Positions 9,029-18,934 are shown, counted from the stretch's first letter. The stretch is 48,698 nt of DNA from Gemmatimonadaceae bacterium (GCA_031408755.1 JANNWU010000497.1:1-48698); one strand, 5' to 3'. Program-made: numbers and translations. Notes: generated by a model not told the origin, from the letters alone.

Positions 9029-10387
9029 GTGAAACTCAATCGTGTGGTGGTGTGCGCGGGTGTTGGTGTGCTGATGGGGGGTGGGGCGGTGACATCGGCG
9101 CAGGCGCAGCGGGGGGCGAGTGTTGTGATGCATGCGGAGATTGATCGCCGCACCACCGACGTGATGACACGTGTGATTGGGTGGCGACGCGACATTCATG
9201 AGCATCCGGAACTCTCCGGGAGTGAGGTGCGCACGGCGGCGTTGGTCGCGGCGCATTTGCGTGCGCTTGGTATTGAAGTGCGCACCGGCGTTGGTGGTCA
9301 CGGCGTGGTCGGCGTCTTAAAGGGCGGCAAGCAGGGGCCCGTCGTTGCGTTGCGTGCTGACATGGATGCGTTGCCGGTGGAAGAGTTGGTGGATCTCCCA
9401 TTTCGCTCGCGTGTGAAGGCAACGTTTGCTGGTCAGAATGTTGGGGTCATGCATGCCTGCGGCCACGACAATCACGTCGCAATTTTGATGGGTGCGGCGG
9501 AAGTGTTGGTTGGGATGCGCGCGAATCTGCAGGGCACGGTGAAATTCATTTTCCAGCCGGCAGAAGAAGGTGCGCCCAACGGGAAAGGTGGTGCTGAGCC
9601 GATGATCGCGGACGGCGCGCTGGAGAATCCGAAAGTCGACGCGATTTTTGGGTTGCACGTGTTCCCGGCGCCAACGGGTTCGATCGGTTATCGGCCCGGT
9701 CCGATGCTCGCGGCGTCAAATTCATGGTCGCTCGTGGTGCGCGGCAAGCAGACTCACGGTGCGGCGCCGTGGGCGGGCATCGATCCGATCGTCGTCAGTG
9801 CACAGATCGTGATGGGCTTGCAGACGATTATCAGCCGGCAAACAGACATTACGGCGGTGCCGGCGATCGTGACGGTCGGCGCAATCAACGGCGGTGTGCG
9901 CAGCAACATCATTCCCGATAGCGTCTACATGATCGGCACGATTCGCACCTTCGACGCGGCGCAGCGCCAAGACATTTTTGCGCGTATGAAGCGGACGTCG
10001 GAAGACATTGCGTCGGCTTCGGGCGCGACGGCGATGTTCAAGGTTGATAGCGGCTATCCGGTCACGGTCAACGACACGGCGCTCACGGAACGCATGCTGC
10101 CCACCCTGCGTCGTGTGGCCGGACCGGCGGGAGCGAGCCTCCGCAGCCTTGTGACCGGTGCGGAGGACTTCTCGTATTTTCAAGAGCGCGTACCGGGAGT
10201 GTTTGTCGCGTTGGGCGTGACGCCAGCTGGAGCAGACCCGCGACGCGTCGCGTCAAATCACTCACCGCTGTTTTTTGCCGATGAGGCCGCATTGCCAACT
10301 GGTGTGCGGCTGATGGTCTCGCTGGCTGTGGATTACCTCGCCGGCGGGCTCAGCGCCCGAGGCGCGCCGGGCACTTCGGGGCGCTAG
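9029..10387 (+). CDS. M20D-family amidohydrolase (aminoacylase/hippurate-hydrolase-like), exported
   Basis: WRRDIHEHPELSGSEVRTAALVAAHLRALGIEV...ALRADMDALP...MHACGHDNH...FQPAEEG. GTG 9029 gives a VKLNRVVVCAGVGVLMGGGAVTSAQA signal-like N-terminus. Confidence 0.85.
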   Translation: MKLNRVVVCAGVGVLMGGGAVTSAQAQRGASVVMHAEIDRRTTDVMTRVIGWRRDIHEHPELSGSEVRTAALVAAHLRALGIEVRTGVGGHGVVGVLKGGKQGPVVALRADMDALPVEELVDLPFRSRVKATFAGQNVGVMHACGHDNHVAILMGAAEVLVGMRANLQGTVKFIFQPAEEGAPNGKGGAEPMIADGALENPKVDAIFGLHVFPAPTGSIGYRPGPMLAASNSWSLVVRGKQTHGAAPWAGIDPIVVSAQIVMGLQTIISRQTDITAVPAIVTVGAINGGVRSNIIPDSVYMIGTIRTFDAAQRQDIFARMKRTSEDIASASGATAMFKVDSGYPVTVNDTALTERMLPTLRRVAGPAGASLRSLVTGAEDFSYFQERVPGVFVALGVTPAGADPRRVASNHSPLFFADEAALPTGVRLMVSLAVDYLAGGLSARGAPGTSGR

Positions 10388-10413
10388 GCGGACTTGATCG
10401 TCTGTGGGATAGT

Positions 10414-10448
10414 CGGCTCGGAGTGCGTATCGACCGCGTTCCGAGCCG
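10414..10448 (+). terminator. Stem-loop between the amidohydrolase and gcdH (terminator or regulatory hairpin)
   Basis: CGGCTCGGA (10414-10422) pairs with TCCGAGCCG (10440-10448): a 9-bp stem with a 17-nt loop. The downstream T-tract is poor. Confidence 0.3.
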
Positions 10449-10516
10449 GTTAACTTTCGACACGTACCGGCGCGCCGATATTGGCTGCGCTGCGCCCCGA
10501 ACCTCTTGGCGGAGAC

Positions 10517-11758
10517 ATGGCCATGGCTATCGATATTCATCCCGAAGTTTCGCTGCTCCCGTCTGGCCACCTGATGCCGCGCGAGGACGATCTGTTCAAC
10601 ATCGACGCGGCGCTGACTGAAGAAGAGCGTGCGATTCGCGATTCCGTGCGTCGCTTTGTCGACGACAAAATCATTCCGATCATCGGCGACTGCTACACGC
10701 AGGGTCGCTTCCCGAAAGAATTGATTCCGGAGATGGCGGAACTGGGTATGTTCGGCGCCAATCTGCCTGAAGAATACGGCTGCGCTGGATTGAGCAGCGT
10801 CGCGTACGGCTTGATCATGCAGGAGCTCGAACGCGGCGACAGCGGCATCCGGAGTTTCGCGAGCGTGCAGGGCGCGTTGGTGATGTATCCGATCTTTGCA
10901 TTCGGCACCGAAGCGCAGAAACAGCAGTATCTGCCCAAGATGGCGAAGGGTGAGATTATCGGCTGCTTTGGCCTGACGGAACCAGATGCAGGTTCTAACC
11001 CGGGCGCGATGACGACGCGCGCGCGCCTGCAAGCTGATGGCTCGTGGCTGATCACAGGCAACAAGATGTGGATCACGAACGGATCGCAAGCACACGTGTC
11101 GATCATTTGGGCGAAGACGGCCGATAATGACGAGACAGGCAAGTCAGTTCGCGGATTCATCGTCCCAACCAACGCGCCGGGCTTCACGGCGAAAGATCAG
11201 AAGGGTAAGCTCTCGCTGCGTGCCAGCGACACGAGCGAATTGGTGCTCGTTGATGTGCATGTTGGTGCAGATGCAATGCTGCCTGAGGTGCAGGGATTGC
11301 GCGGGCCGTTGAGCTGCTTGACGCAGGCGCGCTACGGCATTTCGTGGGGTGCCGTGGGTGCCGCGATGGCCTGTTATGAAGAGGCGCTGTCGTATTCCAA
11401 GACGCGCATGATGTTTGACAAGCCCATCGGTGCTTTCCAGATCCAGCAAGTACGTTTGGCGAACATGATTACCGAGATCATCAAGGGACAGTTGTTGTCA
11501 CTGCACCTTGGTCGCATGAAAGATTTAGGCACCTTTAATTCCAATCAGGTGTCCGTCGCCAAGCGTAACAACGTCAACATTGCGACGGACATCGCGCGTG
11601 AGGCACGTCGACTGCTCGGTGGCAATGGCATTTTGGCCGAATACCACAGCATGCGTCACATGGCGAACTTGGAAAGTGTCTACACGTACGAGGGCACGCA
11701 TGACGTGCACTCACTGATCATTGGCAACGCAATTACCGGGTTGTCGGCATTCAAGTGA
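10517..11758 (+). CDS. gcdH: Glutaryl-CoA dehydrogenase (acyl-CoA dehydrogenase family)
   Basis: ...GCFGLTEPDAGSNPGAMTTRA...WITNG... and the C-terminal YTYEGTHDVHSLIIGNAITGLSAFK closely resembles the GCDH C-terminus. Start is ATG 10517 or 10523; a GGAGA sits just upstream. Confidence 0.88.
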   Translation: MAMAIDIHPEVSLLPSGHLMPREDDLFNIDAALTEEERAIRDSVRRFVDDKIIPIIGDCYTQGRFPKELIPEMAELGMFGANLPEEYGCAGLSSVAYGLIMQELERGDSGIRSFASVQGALVMYPIFAFGTEAQKQQYLPKMAKGEIIGCFGLTEPDAGSNPGAMTTRARLQADGSWLITGNKMWITNGSQAHVSIIWAKTADNDETGKSVRGFIVPTNAPGFTAKDQKGKLSLRASDTSELVLVDVHVGADAMLPEVQGLRGPLSCLTQARYGISWGAVGAAMACYEEALSYSKTRMMFDKPIGAFQIQQVRLANMITEIIKGQLLSLHLGRMKDLGTFNSNQVSVAKRNNVNIATDIAREARRLLGGNGILAEYHSMRHMANLESVYTYEGTHDVHSLIIGNAITGLSAFK

Positions 11759-11897
11759 GTGCGACGTAGGGTAGATTATGGCATAGTGCGTGCACGCTCG
11801 GCTCTCACAGGGGCGCGCTGCCGCACCACACGGGGCGCCCGCTGACTCTGCGGCGCCTCGTTCTCTTTTTGGTTCGCAAGAATTTCCGGAGTTTCTG

Positions 11898-12515
11898 ATG
11901 GGTTCGCTCGTTCAGTTCGTCTGTTTCACGACGGTAATGCCGCAGAACGAATTTTTGGTCGCATGGGAGCCATTTGCATCAGCGTTCTTGTCGCGTGGCA
12001 TTGAACGGATTGTGCTTTCGGAACACTCCGAGCGTGCGTCTGAGGCGGCTTTCGATTTTGTGTCGCGTAATGTGTGGGATGAGCAGCGCTTTGAGCGCGC
12101 CTTCCCGCACGGCGTGCGCGGCAGCGGTGGCCTCGGCCCGATAGGCGTGTTGCAAGCGGGTGCGTTTCGTTTGGCCGATGCGATTAACTGCGATCCGACT
12201 GCTGGGCAACGCGCCGACGCCAAGGTGACGGCGTTTTTGATGTCGCGGCAAGGAATGCGTGAGCAGGCGCGTGTGGCGGTGCGCACCGCGCTGCAGCAAC
12301 CGGGCATCTCAGGTGTCGCGATTTATCTCAAAGATGGCGATGCGCGTACCGACCGATTCGATATGGTGGTCGAAGTGTTTTGTCAGGAGGGTTCGACGGA
12401 TGCAGCAATCACCGCCATCCGCACCGTGACGGCGCCGCTTGTAACTGCACAGCCGGTCATCATTGGCTTGTATCAGGAATGCGCAGAAATTGGTATCGTC
12501 GCTAAAAAAGCGTAG
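11898..12515 (+). CDS. Hypothetical protein (about 205 aa, no recognised domain)
   Basis: Track ORF 11790..12515. ATG 11898 gives MGSLVQFVCFTTVMPQNEFLVAWEPFASAFLSRGIERIVL... Coding-like composition, followed by a strong terminator. Confidence 0.5.
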   Translation: MGSLVQFVCFTTVMPQNEFLVAWEPFASAFLSRGIERIVLSEHSERASEAAFDFVSRNVWDEQRFERAFPHGVRGSGGLGPIGVLQAGAFRLADAINCDPTAGQRADAKVTAFLMSRQGMREQARVAVRTALQQPGISGVAIYLKDGDARTDRFDMVVEVFCQEGSTDAAITAIRTVTAPLVTAQPVIIGLYQECAEIGIVAKKA

Positions 12516-12526
12516 TGCATTTCCTA

Positions 12527-12560
12527 CGGTCCGCAGAGTGTTCTGCGGACCGCCGATTTT
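12527..12560. terminator. Bidirectional rho-independent terminator between convergent genes
   Basis: CGGTCCGCAG-agtgtt-CTGCGGACCG, a perfect 10-bp stem, followed by CCGATTTT. Confidence 0.65.
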
Positions 12561-12567
12561 GACGTAA

Positions 12568-13350
12568 TTAGTCGCGTTTGTACACTTTTACCATCAGCAT
12601 TCGCTTGACCCAAAATGGCAAGTGGCGCGCGAGAAACACGAGCACCTTGTACTGCACGCCGGGAATGCAGATTGTGTTGCCATTCGCCGCCAGTTGGTTG
12701 AGCGACGTGGTCACAACCTGCTCCGCCGACAGCCACATCCACGCTGGTGCGCGACTCTGCTGATCGTCGCCCATGCGTTGGTGAAACTCGGTGTATGTGA
12801 AGCCTGGGCAGAGCGCCTGCACGCGCACGCCGTACGGCGCGCATTCCAGCGCCAGTCCTTCGCAATAGCTGCGCTGATAGGCCTTTGTCGCGCAGTAATT
12901 CACATTACCAGTGCCATTCACAAAGCTGGCGACACTGGCCACCGTAATGATGCCTCCGCGTTGTGCGGGCTTCATGAATTGCAGCGCAGCGCGTGACAGG
13001 CGATTGACTGCGACCACGTGTAATCGCAGCATCTGTTCCTGCATGTCGAGCGGCGTTGCCACAATTTGTCCGCGCGTCCCGAAACCGGCGTTGTTGACCA
13101 GCAAATCCAGCCGCGCGGCAGCCACAATTGCATGCTCCACGGCGGCGAGGCCAAGATCGGTGCTCAGATCCGCTGGCACCGGCGTCACAGCGGCGTCCAA
13201 CGTCGCTAACTCAGCCGCGAGGGTGGACAATCGGGCACCGTCGCGCGCCACGAGCATTAAGTCGTAACCGCGCTTGGCCAAGATCTGGGCGTACGCCTTC
13301 CCGATGCCCGCTGTGGCGCCGGTAACAAGAGCAAGTGGACGTGTCGACAT
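12568..13350 (-). CDS. Short-chain dehydrogenase/reductase (SDR)
   Basis: ALVTGATAGIGKAYA (TGxxxGxG), NNAG, and YCATKAY (YxxxK). Confidence 0.88.
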   Translation of the reverse strand: MSTRPLALVTGATAGIGKAYAQILAKRGYDLMLVARDGARLSTLAAELATLDAAVTPVPADLSTDLGLAAVEHAIVAAARLDLLVNNAGFGTRGQIVATPLDMQEQMLRLHVVAVNRLSRAALQFMKPAQRGGIITVASVASFVNGTGNVNYCATKAYQRSYCEGLALECAPYGVRVQALCPGFTYTEFHQRMGDDQQSRAPAWMWLSAEQVVTTSLNQLAANGNTICIPGVQYKVLVFLARHLPFWVKRMLMVKVYKRD

Positions 13351-13440
13351 AGCGTGAAGTATGCACTCATGACCCCGCCCGGCTAAAATTCACTGACTGC
13401 ACGTTTCCCGTTTTATTCACAGACTTTCGGAGTTTTAGCG

Positions 13441-14196
13441 GTGAAGATCGCCGTGTGCATTAAACGCGTTGCCGATATGGGCGCGCGATTTCAGATTGGC
13501 GCCGACGGCGCCTCGGTGTCTGATACCGGTATCAAGTACGATATGAGCGACTTTGACGAGTGGGCGGTTGAAGCGGCGCTGCAACTGAATGAGAAGCATG
13601 GCGGTGGCGAAGTGACCGTCATTTCGCTGGGTCCTGATGCGGCGCAAGAGACTATCCGGAAAGCGCTCGCGATGGGCGCCGACAAGGGCGTGCATCTGAA
13701 GGCCGACACGATTCCCTTCGACGGCTTTGCGATTGCAGAAGCACTTGCCGCTGAGCTGAAGGATGGCGGCTACGATCTGATTCTGTTTGGTCGCATTGCG
13801 GTCGACAGTTCGGCTGGTGTGACCGGCGCGATGGTTGCCGAGCTGCTTGGATTACCCTGCGTTACCGCGATTTCAAAAATTGAGGTCAGTGGCGCTGTGG
13901 GCACGGCCGAGCGTCAAGTGGAAGGCGGCGTTGAATCGCTCTCGTTCCCACTGCCAGCGTTGTGTACCATCGACCAAGGATTGGTCACGCAAGCGCGCTA
14001 TCCCAGCTTGAAAGGCATCATGGCGGCGAAAAAGAAACCGCTTGAAAGCAAGCCCGCGCAACTCGGCAGCATTTCGGTCAGTATTCGCAAAATGGAATTG
14101 CCGCCCGAACGTGCCGCAGGCCGCATTGTGGGTGAAGGTGCCGCAGCGGTTCCTGAATTGATCCGACTCCTCCAGACTGAAGCGAAGGTGCTCTGA
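13441..14196 (+). CDS. etfB: Electron transfer flavoprotein, beta subunit
   Basis: MKIAVCIKRVADMGARFQI...; length and pattern are typical of EtfB. GTG start with GGAG upstream; etfA follows directly. Confidence 0.92.
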   Translation: MKIAVCIKRVADMGARFQIGADGASVSDTGIKYDMSDFDEWAVEAALQLNEKHGGGEVTVISLGPDAAQETIRKALAMGADKGVHLKADTIPFDGFAIAEALAAELKDGGYDLILFGRIAVDSSAGVTGAMVAELLGLPCVTAISKIEVSGAVGTAERQVEGGVESLSFPLPALCTIDQGLVTQARYPSLKGIMAAKKKPLESKPAQLGSISVSIRKMELPPERAAGRIVGEGAAAVPELIRLLQTEAKVL

Positions 14197-14198
14197 CG

Positions 14199-15188
14199 AT
14201 GGCAAACAACATTCTGGTGGTGGCTGAGACGCGCGGCGGTGACGTGCGTAAAGTGGCGCTCGAAGTTGTGACTGCGGCGCGCGCGCTGGCGGATGGACTC
14301 GGTGGCGAAGTTCATGCGATTGTCTTTGGTGGTGCAGGCATTGGCAGCGTGTCAGCCAAGCTTGCCGCCGTTGGTGCAGATGTGGTGCTGGTCGTTGAGC
14401 ATGACGGTTTCGAGACGTACAACGCGGAAGCGGTTGCGGCGACGGTTGCAGCGCAGATCACTGAGGGCGGATATCGCGCGGCATTGTTTGGTGCAAGCGC
14501 GATGGGCCAAGATCTCGCACCGCGTATTGGTGCGAAGTTGCGCGTTGGTGTTGCGGCAGATGTCGTGGCCGTGATGGCTGACGGCGACAACGTAGTAGTG
14601 CGTCATCCGATGAACACGAACAAGATCATTGCGACAATGGTGTTATCGGCGACACCTGCGCTTGTGAGCGTTCGTCCCGGTGCAGTGACGGTGGGCGCAG
14701 CAGCAAAGGCCGGTGCCGTGCAGAGCGTTGCGACAGCTATGGATCCGTCAGCGGGCCGCGTCAAGGTGACTGGTGTGAAGATGGGTGGCGGCGCGAAGCT
14801 TGACCTTGCAGAAGCACCGGTGATTGTGAGTGGTGGTCGTGGGTTGAAGGCCGCTGAGCATTTTTCATTGGTTGAAGATCTGGCGGCGGCTTTTGGTAAT
14901 GCGGCGGTTGGTGCAACGCGCGCAGTGACTGATGATGGCTGGCGTCCGCACTCCGATCAGATCGGGCAGACGGGCAGACAGGTATCACCAGATTTGTATG
15001 TGGCTGTTGGTATTAGCGGTGCCATTCAGCACATCGCTGGGATGCGCAATTCAAAGACGATTGTCGCGATCAACAAAGACAAAGACGCGCCAATTTTTAA
15101 AGTTGCCGATTACGGGATCGTTGGCGACGCGTTCGAGATCGTGCCTGCGTTGACTGCTGCGGTGAAAGCGGCCAAGGCGCAGCACTAG
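14199..15188 (+). CDS. etfA: Electron transfer flavoprotein, alpha subunit
   Basis: C-terminal FAD-binding region ...VSGGRGLK...GATRAVTDDGW...QIGQTGRQVSPDLYVAVGISGAIQHIAGM...IVAINKDKDAPIF..ADYGIVGD. Confidence 0.92.
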   Translation: MANNILVVAETRGGDVRKVALEVVTAARALADGLGGEVHAIVFGGAGIGSVSAKLAAVGADVVLVVEHDGFETYNAEAVAATVAAQITEGGYRAALFGASAMGQDLAPRIGAKLRVGVAADVVAVMADGDNVVVRHPMNTNKIIATMVLSATPALVSVRPGAVTVGAAAKAGAVQSVATAMDPSAGRVKVTGVKMGGGAKLDLAEAPVIVSGGRGLKAAEHFSLVEDLAAAFGNAAVGATRAVTDDGWRPHSDQIGQTGRQVSPDLYVAVGISGAIQHIAGMRNSKTIVAINKDKDAPIFKVADYGIVGDAFEIVPALTAAVKAAKAQH

Positions 15189-16018
15189 TGCGCCGTGCAT
15201 GGTGGAGCGCGGTCGCCTTGATCGCGCTCGCCATGCCGAGTGCGGCGCAGGCGCGTCGCGCAGATACGTTGAATGTGCTACCACAGCTTGTTCGGTCTGA
15301 GGCGCTCGACGCATCGCCGCCGTTGATCGCCCGTCCATTCATCGGTGGTCTGCATGTCACATTGGTGCGAAGCGATCCAGAGCTCACATCAATTAGCAAT
15401 GAGCTCGTGCCGATAACGCGCGCAGATCTTGCGGTTCTCGGACTAAGCCCAGCGCAGGCGTTTGCGCTTGCCACACGAAATCTTCGTCGTCTGCTTGCGC
15501 CGTACACACTCAGAATGCCCGAACCGTCATCGGAAATGTCCGGTATGCGATCGGTGGAGGGGGAGTTGCTGGCTGCCAGCAGATTGTTGTTGGATGACGA
15601 TTGGCGCACTGCTGCGGCGGAATTGGGCGGGCCGCTGGTTGCGGTGATACCGACATCGAGTTCACTGATGTTCGGCCGTGATACCTCGACGCAAGTCAGT
15701 CGACGCAAATCCATTCCGGCGGCACAGTTTCTCGAACTCGCGCTCGGGGTGCTGCGCGGCTATGTGCGCGAGCGTGAGGCGTTGTCGATAAATGTTTTTC
15801 GCTGGACAGACGCCGGGTGGCGTGTTGTTCCGCCGATGACAGATGCACAGCGTCGGGCACTTCAGCGAAGCGACAATACGGAGCAGAGCGGCGGATTAAA
15901 TAGCGCTGTGACGGCTCCGACGACTACGCACGTCGCGCCCCCGCCGGTCTACAGTCCTGGCCAGAAGCCGACAAGCGCGTCACCCAAATCGACCTCTGCA
16001 AAGTCAGGAAAGCCGTAA
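15188..16018 (+). CDS. Hypothetical exported protein with a Pro/Ser/Thr-rich C-terminus
   Basis: The GTG start overlaps the etfA TAG by 1 nt. N-terminus MRRAWWSAVALIALAMPSAAQA is signal-peptide-like. No domain recognised. Confidence 0.55.
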   Translation: MRRAWWSAVALIALAMPSAAQARRADTLNVLPQLVRSEALDASPPLIARPFIGGLHVTLVRSDPELTSISNELVPITRADLAVLGLSPAQAFALATRNLRRLLAPYTLRMPEPSSEMSGMRSVEGELLAASRLLLDDDWRTAAAELGGPLVAVIPTSSSLMFGRDTSTQVSRRKSIPAAQFLELALGVLRGYVREREALSINVFRWTDAGWRVVPPMTDAQRRALQRSDNTEQSGGLNSAVTAPTTTHVAPPPVYSPGQKPTSASPKSTSAKSGKP

Positions 16019-16129
16019 GCGCAGCCGTCACGCACGCTGTCCTCTGTGAGCACGTCAGGTATCTTCCACTTATCCGGTTGACGCGCGCGCGCACGTCCGC
16101 CCCAACAGCTTCACCGAATTGGGTCAGCC

Positions 16130-18232
16130 ATGTCGAAGCAGAACATCGCGTTTTTGTTTGTGCTCATCGCGGCGCTGGGATTTTTCAGCTACAACATCCA
16201 GCGCTTGGTGAGCTACCTGAAGCTTGGCAAGTCTGAGAATCGCACAGACGAACCTGGGCGCCGCACGTGGAATCTGCTCACCATCGGTTTTGCGCAGACG
16301 AAGATTCTGCGCGAGTGGGGCGCCGGTCTCTCGCACGCGTCGGTCTTTTGGGGATTTCTCGTACTGACGGCTGGTACCGCAGAAATTTTGTTAAGTGGCG
16401 TGTGGCCAGCGTTCAGTTATCAGAATCTTTTGCCTCGTGTACTCTGGCAGCTTTTCATGCTCAGCCAGGAGTTGTTCGCTGTGGTGGTATTGGTGGCGGT
16501 GAGCTGGTTGCTCTGGCGGCGGTTGATGGCACCACCGAAACGTTTGCAGGGCAAGGAAATTCACGGCACCGAAGCGGTGATTATTCTCTGCGTGATCGCG
16601 TCGTTGATGCTCACGCTGTACACTACCGGCGCGTTTGAGTACGCCAGTCGACCAGAACTCCGCGCAACACACTTCGGCTGGTTCCGCCCAATTTCATCGC
16701 TGCTTGGCGGTGCGTTGAGCGGCGTGTCGCAGAGTGCCGTGCATGTGGCGCACGATGTGAGTTGGTGGATGCACGCATTGCTGGTGTTGGGCTTTCTGAA
16801 CTTCTTGCCGTACTCCAAGCATCTGCACGTAGTGAGTTCGCTGATCAACGTATGGTTCAGTAACACCAGTGGGCCGGGCCAAGTTGGCGTAATGCGGGCG
16901 ATGGATCTGGAAGCTGATGTTGAGCAGTTTGGCGCCACCGATGTCACGCACTTGACCTGGAAAAATCTGCTCGACGGGTATAGCTGCACAGAGTGCGGAC
17001 GCTGCACGGCGGCGTGCCCCGCGAATATCACCGGCAAAGCACTCAGTCCACGCAAAATTGTTGTGGACACCCGCAGACGTTTGATGGAAATTGCACCGCT
17101 GCTGGCCGGTGAACTGGATGTGCCGGGCAGCGCATCACTGTTCATGGCGGCTGATGGCGGCAAAGCGGCGCTGAACAATCAGTTGCTCGACAACTATCTC
17201 ACAGAAGATGAACTCTGGGCGTGCACAAGCTGCCGCGCATGCGTTACGGAGTGCCCGGTGAGTATTGATCAACTCGATATCATCAACGAGCTTCGTCGCG
17301 GTCTGGTGCTCAACGAAGGGCGGTTCCCGGAAGAGGTGCAGCCAACATTCGAATCGCTAGAGAAGAACGCGTCGCCGTGGGCTTTTAGTCCGGCAGATCG
17401 CGCGCAGTGGTCGGAAGGGTTGAATATTCCGACATACGCCGAAGTGTTCGCCGAAGGGAAGCGACCAGACATTCTGTTCTGGGTTGGATGCATGGGTAGC
17501 TTCGATGATCGCGCGAAGAAAATCACTGTCGCCTTCGCACGAATTCTCCAAGCAGCGAATATTGATTTCGCGATTCTTGGTCAAGAAGAAACGTGTCATG
17601 GTGATCCGGCGCGCCGCTTAGGCAATGAGTATCTCTACCAAACGCTCGCCAAGGGCACCATCGAGACGTTGGACCGCTATGAAGTGAAAACAATCGTCAC
17701 CTTCTGCCCGCACTGCTTTCATCAGATGGGGAACGAGTTCCCGGAACTCGGCGGAAACTACGAAGTCATTCATCACAGCACCTACATCGAACGACTGCTG
17801 GACGCGAATCTGATTCCGTTGAACACTGAGCATGGCAAAACGCTCACCATGACGTATCACGATTCGTGCTACTTGGGTCGCTACAACGATGTGTACAGCG
17901 CGCCGCGTGAGACGCTGCGACGTGCGTTGCCAGTGCTGGACTTGGTAGAACCGGCTCGCACCGAAAGCCGCGGACTGTGCTGCGGCGCTGGTGGCGGACG
18001 CATGTTTGTTGACGAGAAAGTTGGCAAGCGCATCAACGTCGAACGGACTGAAGAACTCGTCGCGACAGGCGCAGATATCATTGCAGTCGCCTGCCCATTC
18101 TGTATGACGATGATGACTGATGGCGTTGCGAAGCTTGAAAAAGACGTCGCCGTGTTGGACATCAGCGAAGTAGTCGCGCAGCAGCTTGCACCCGCGCGCG
18201 TGTCGACACGCGAACTCGTGGCTGGCGATTAA
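16130..18232 (+). CDS. Membrane-bound Fe-S oxidoreductase, EtfD-like (N-terminal polytopic domain + 2x[4Fe-4S] + two CCG domains)
   Basis: About 5 N-terminal TM helices, CTECGRCTAACP and CTSCRACVTECP cluster motifs, then the cysteine-rich CCG-type segments ...FCPHCFHQ... and ...CCGAGGG...ACPFC. Lies in an ETF context. Confidence 0.85.
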   Translation: MSKQNIAFLFVLIAALGFFSYNIQRLVSYLKLGKSENRTDEPGRRTWNLLTIGFAQTKILREWGAGLSHASVFWGFLVLTAGTAEILLSGVWPAFSYQNLLPRVLWQLFMLSQELFAVVVLVAVSWLLWRRLMAPPKRLQGKEIHGTEAVIILCVIASLMLTLYTTGAFEYASRPELRATHFGWFRPISSLLGGALSGVSQSAVHVAHDVSWWMHALLVLGFLNFLPYSKHLHVVSSLINVWFSNTSGPGQVGVMRAMDLEADVEQFGATDVTHLTWKNLLDGYSCTECGRCTAACPANITGKALSPRKIVVDTRRRLMEIAPLLAGELDVPGSASLFMAADGGKAALNNQLLDNYLTEDELWACTSCRACVTECPVSIDQLDIINELRRGLVLNEGRFPEEVQPTFESLEKNASPWAFSPADRAQWSEGLNIPTYAEVFAEGKRPDILFWVGCMGSFDDRAKKITVAFARILQAANIDFAILGQEETCHGDPARRLGNEYLYQTLAKGTIETLDRYEVKTIVTFCPHCFHQMGNEFPELGGNYEVIHHSTYIERLLDANLIPLNTEHGKTLTMTYHDSCYLGRYNDVYSAPRETLRRALPVLDLVEPARTESRGLCCGAGGGRMFVDEKVGKRINVERTEELVATGADIIAVACPFCMTMMTDGVAKLEKDVAVLDISEVVAQQLAPARVSTRELVAGD

Positions 18233-18256
18233 CGATTGTTTGTGGTGAACTGCAGC

Positions 18257-18934
18257 CTATCGTGTGATGCGATACAGGCTGACGTTCAGCAGCTTGGCGC
18301 CCGCTTCAATGGGCACAATCGTGATCGTTTCGCAGCCGAGTGCGTGACTAATGCACCAATCGGGAAATGCGGCTGAGCCGACGCGACCGGGGCAGGTAAT
18401 CCATGCTTCGCCGTGCGGACTGAGTGACTGTGCAATCGTGCGTGCAATCAGTGGCGCGTTCCGTTGCTCGTAGAGCACATCTGACGCAACGATCACATCG
18501 TAGTTGCGCATGTCGGACGGCCATGCATTCCAGTCTTCGCAGCGTGCGCTGATATCGACTTGCGCGTTCCGCCAGGCATTCGTACGCGCAAAACGTGGAG
18601 AGTCTTCGTAATAGTCCGTAGCTGTCACGTCGAATCCCGCGCGTGCTGCCGCAGTTGCAACCACGCCGCTGCCGCACCCCAGTTCAAGCAACGTGCGACC
18701 TGTGCCGCTTAAGCCTCGGATAAATCGCGCGAGCACCACAGACGCGGGCCACAGATCTGCCCAGTAAGGCAGCCGATCGTCGATCGCAAAATCTTGTTCG
18801 GAGATGAGTTCGTCGGAGTTTGCGGGATGCAGACTGGGGATCACTTCATCCGGCGAAATTGAGACCTCTGTTTCAATCGTACGAAAACGACCGCGCAAGT
18901 CTGCTTCGAGTGCGTCGGGTGTCAAAACGTCCAC
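18257..18934 (-). CDS. Class I SAM-dependent methyltransferase (Nnt1/Methyltransf_16-like)
   Basis: LELGCGSGVVATAAARAGFDVTATDY (motif I plus acidic post-I residue) and ...YDVIVASDVLY. Confidence 0.8.
   Translation of the reverse strand: MDVLTPDALEADLRGRFRTIETEVSISPDEVIPSLHPANSDELISEQDFAIDDRLPYWADLWPASVVLARFIRGLSGTGRTLLELGCGSGVVATAAARAGFDVTATDYYEDSPRFARTNAWRNAQVDISARCEDWNAWPSDMRNYDVIVASDVLYEQRNAPLIARTIAQSLSPHGEAWITCPGRVGSAAFPDWCISHALGCETITIVPIEAGAKLLNVSLYRITR

Noticed and set aside
8305-9195. 296-aa minus-strand ORF (and overlapping 88-aa and 114-aa ORFs) spanning the repeat array
   Set aside because: It overlaps the well-supported SprT-like C-terminus and the amidohydrolase N-terminus on the opposite strand. 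Its sequence is low-complexity Ser/Pro/Arg/His-rich, with periodicity that simply mirrors the DNA repeats. This is a typical GC-rich shadow ORF.
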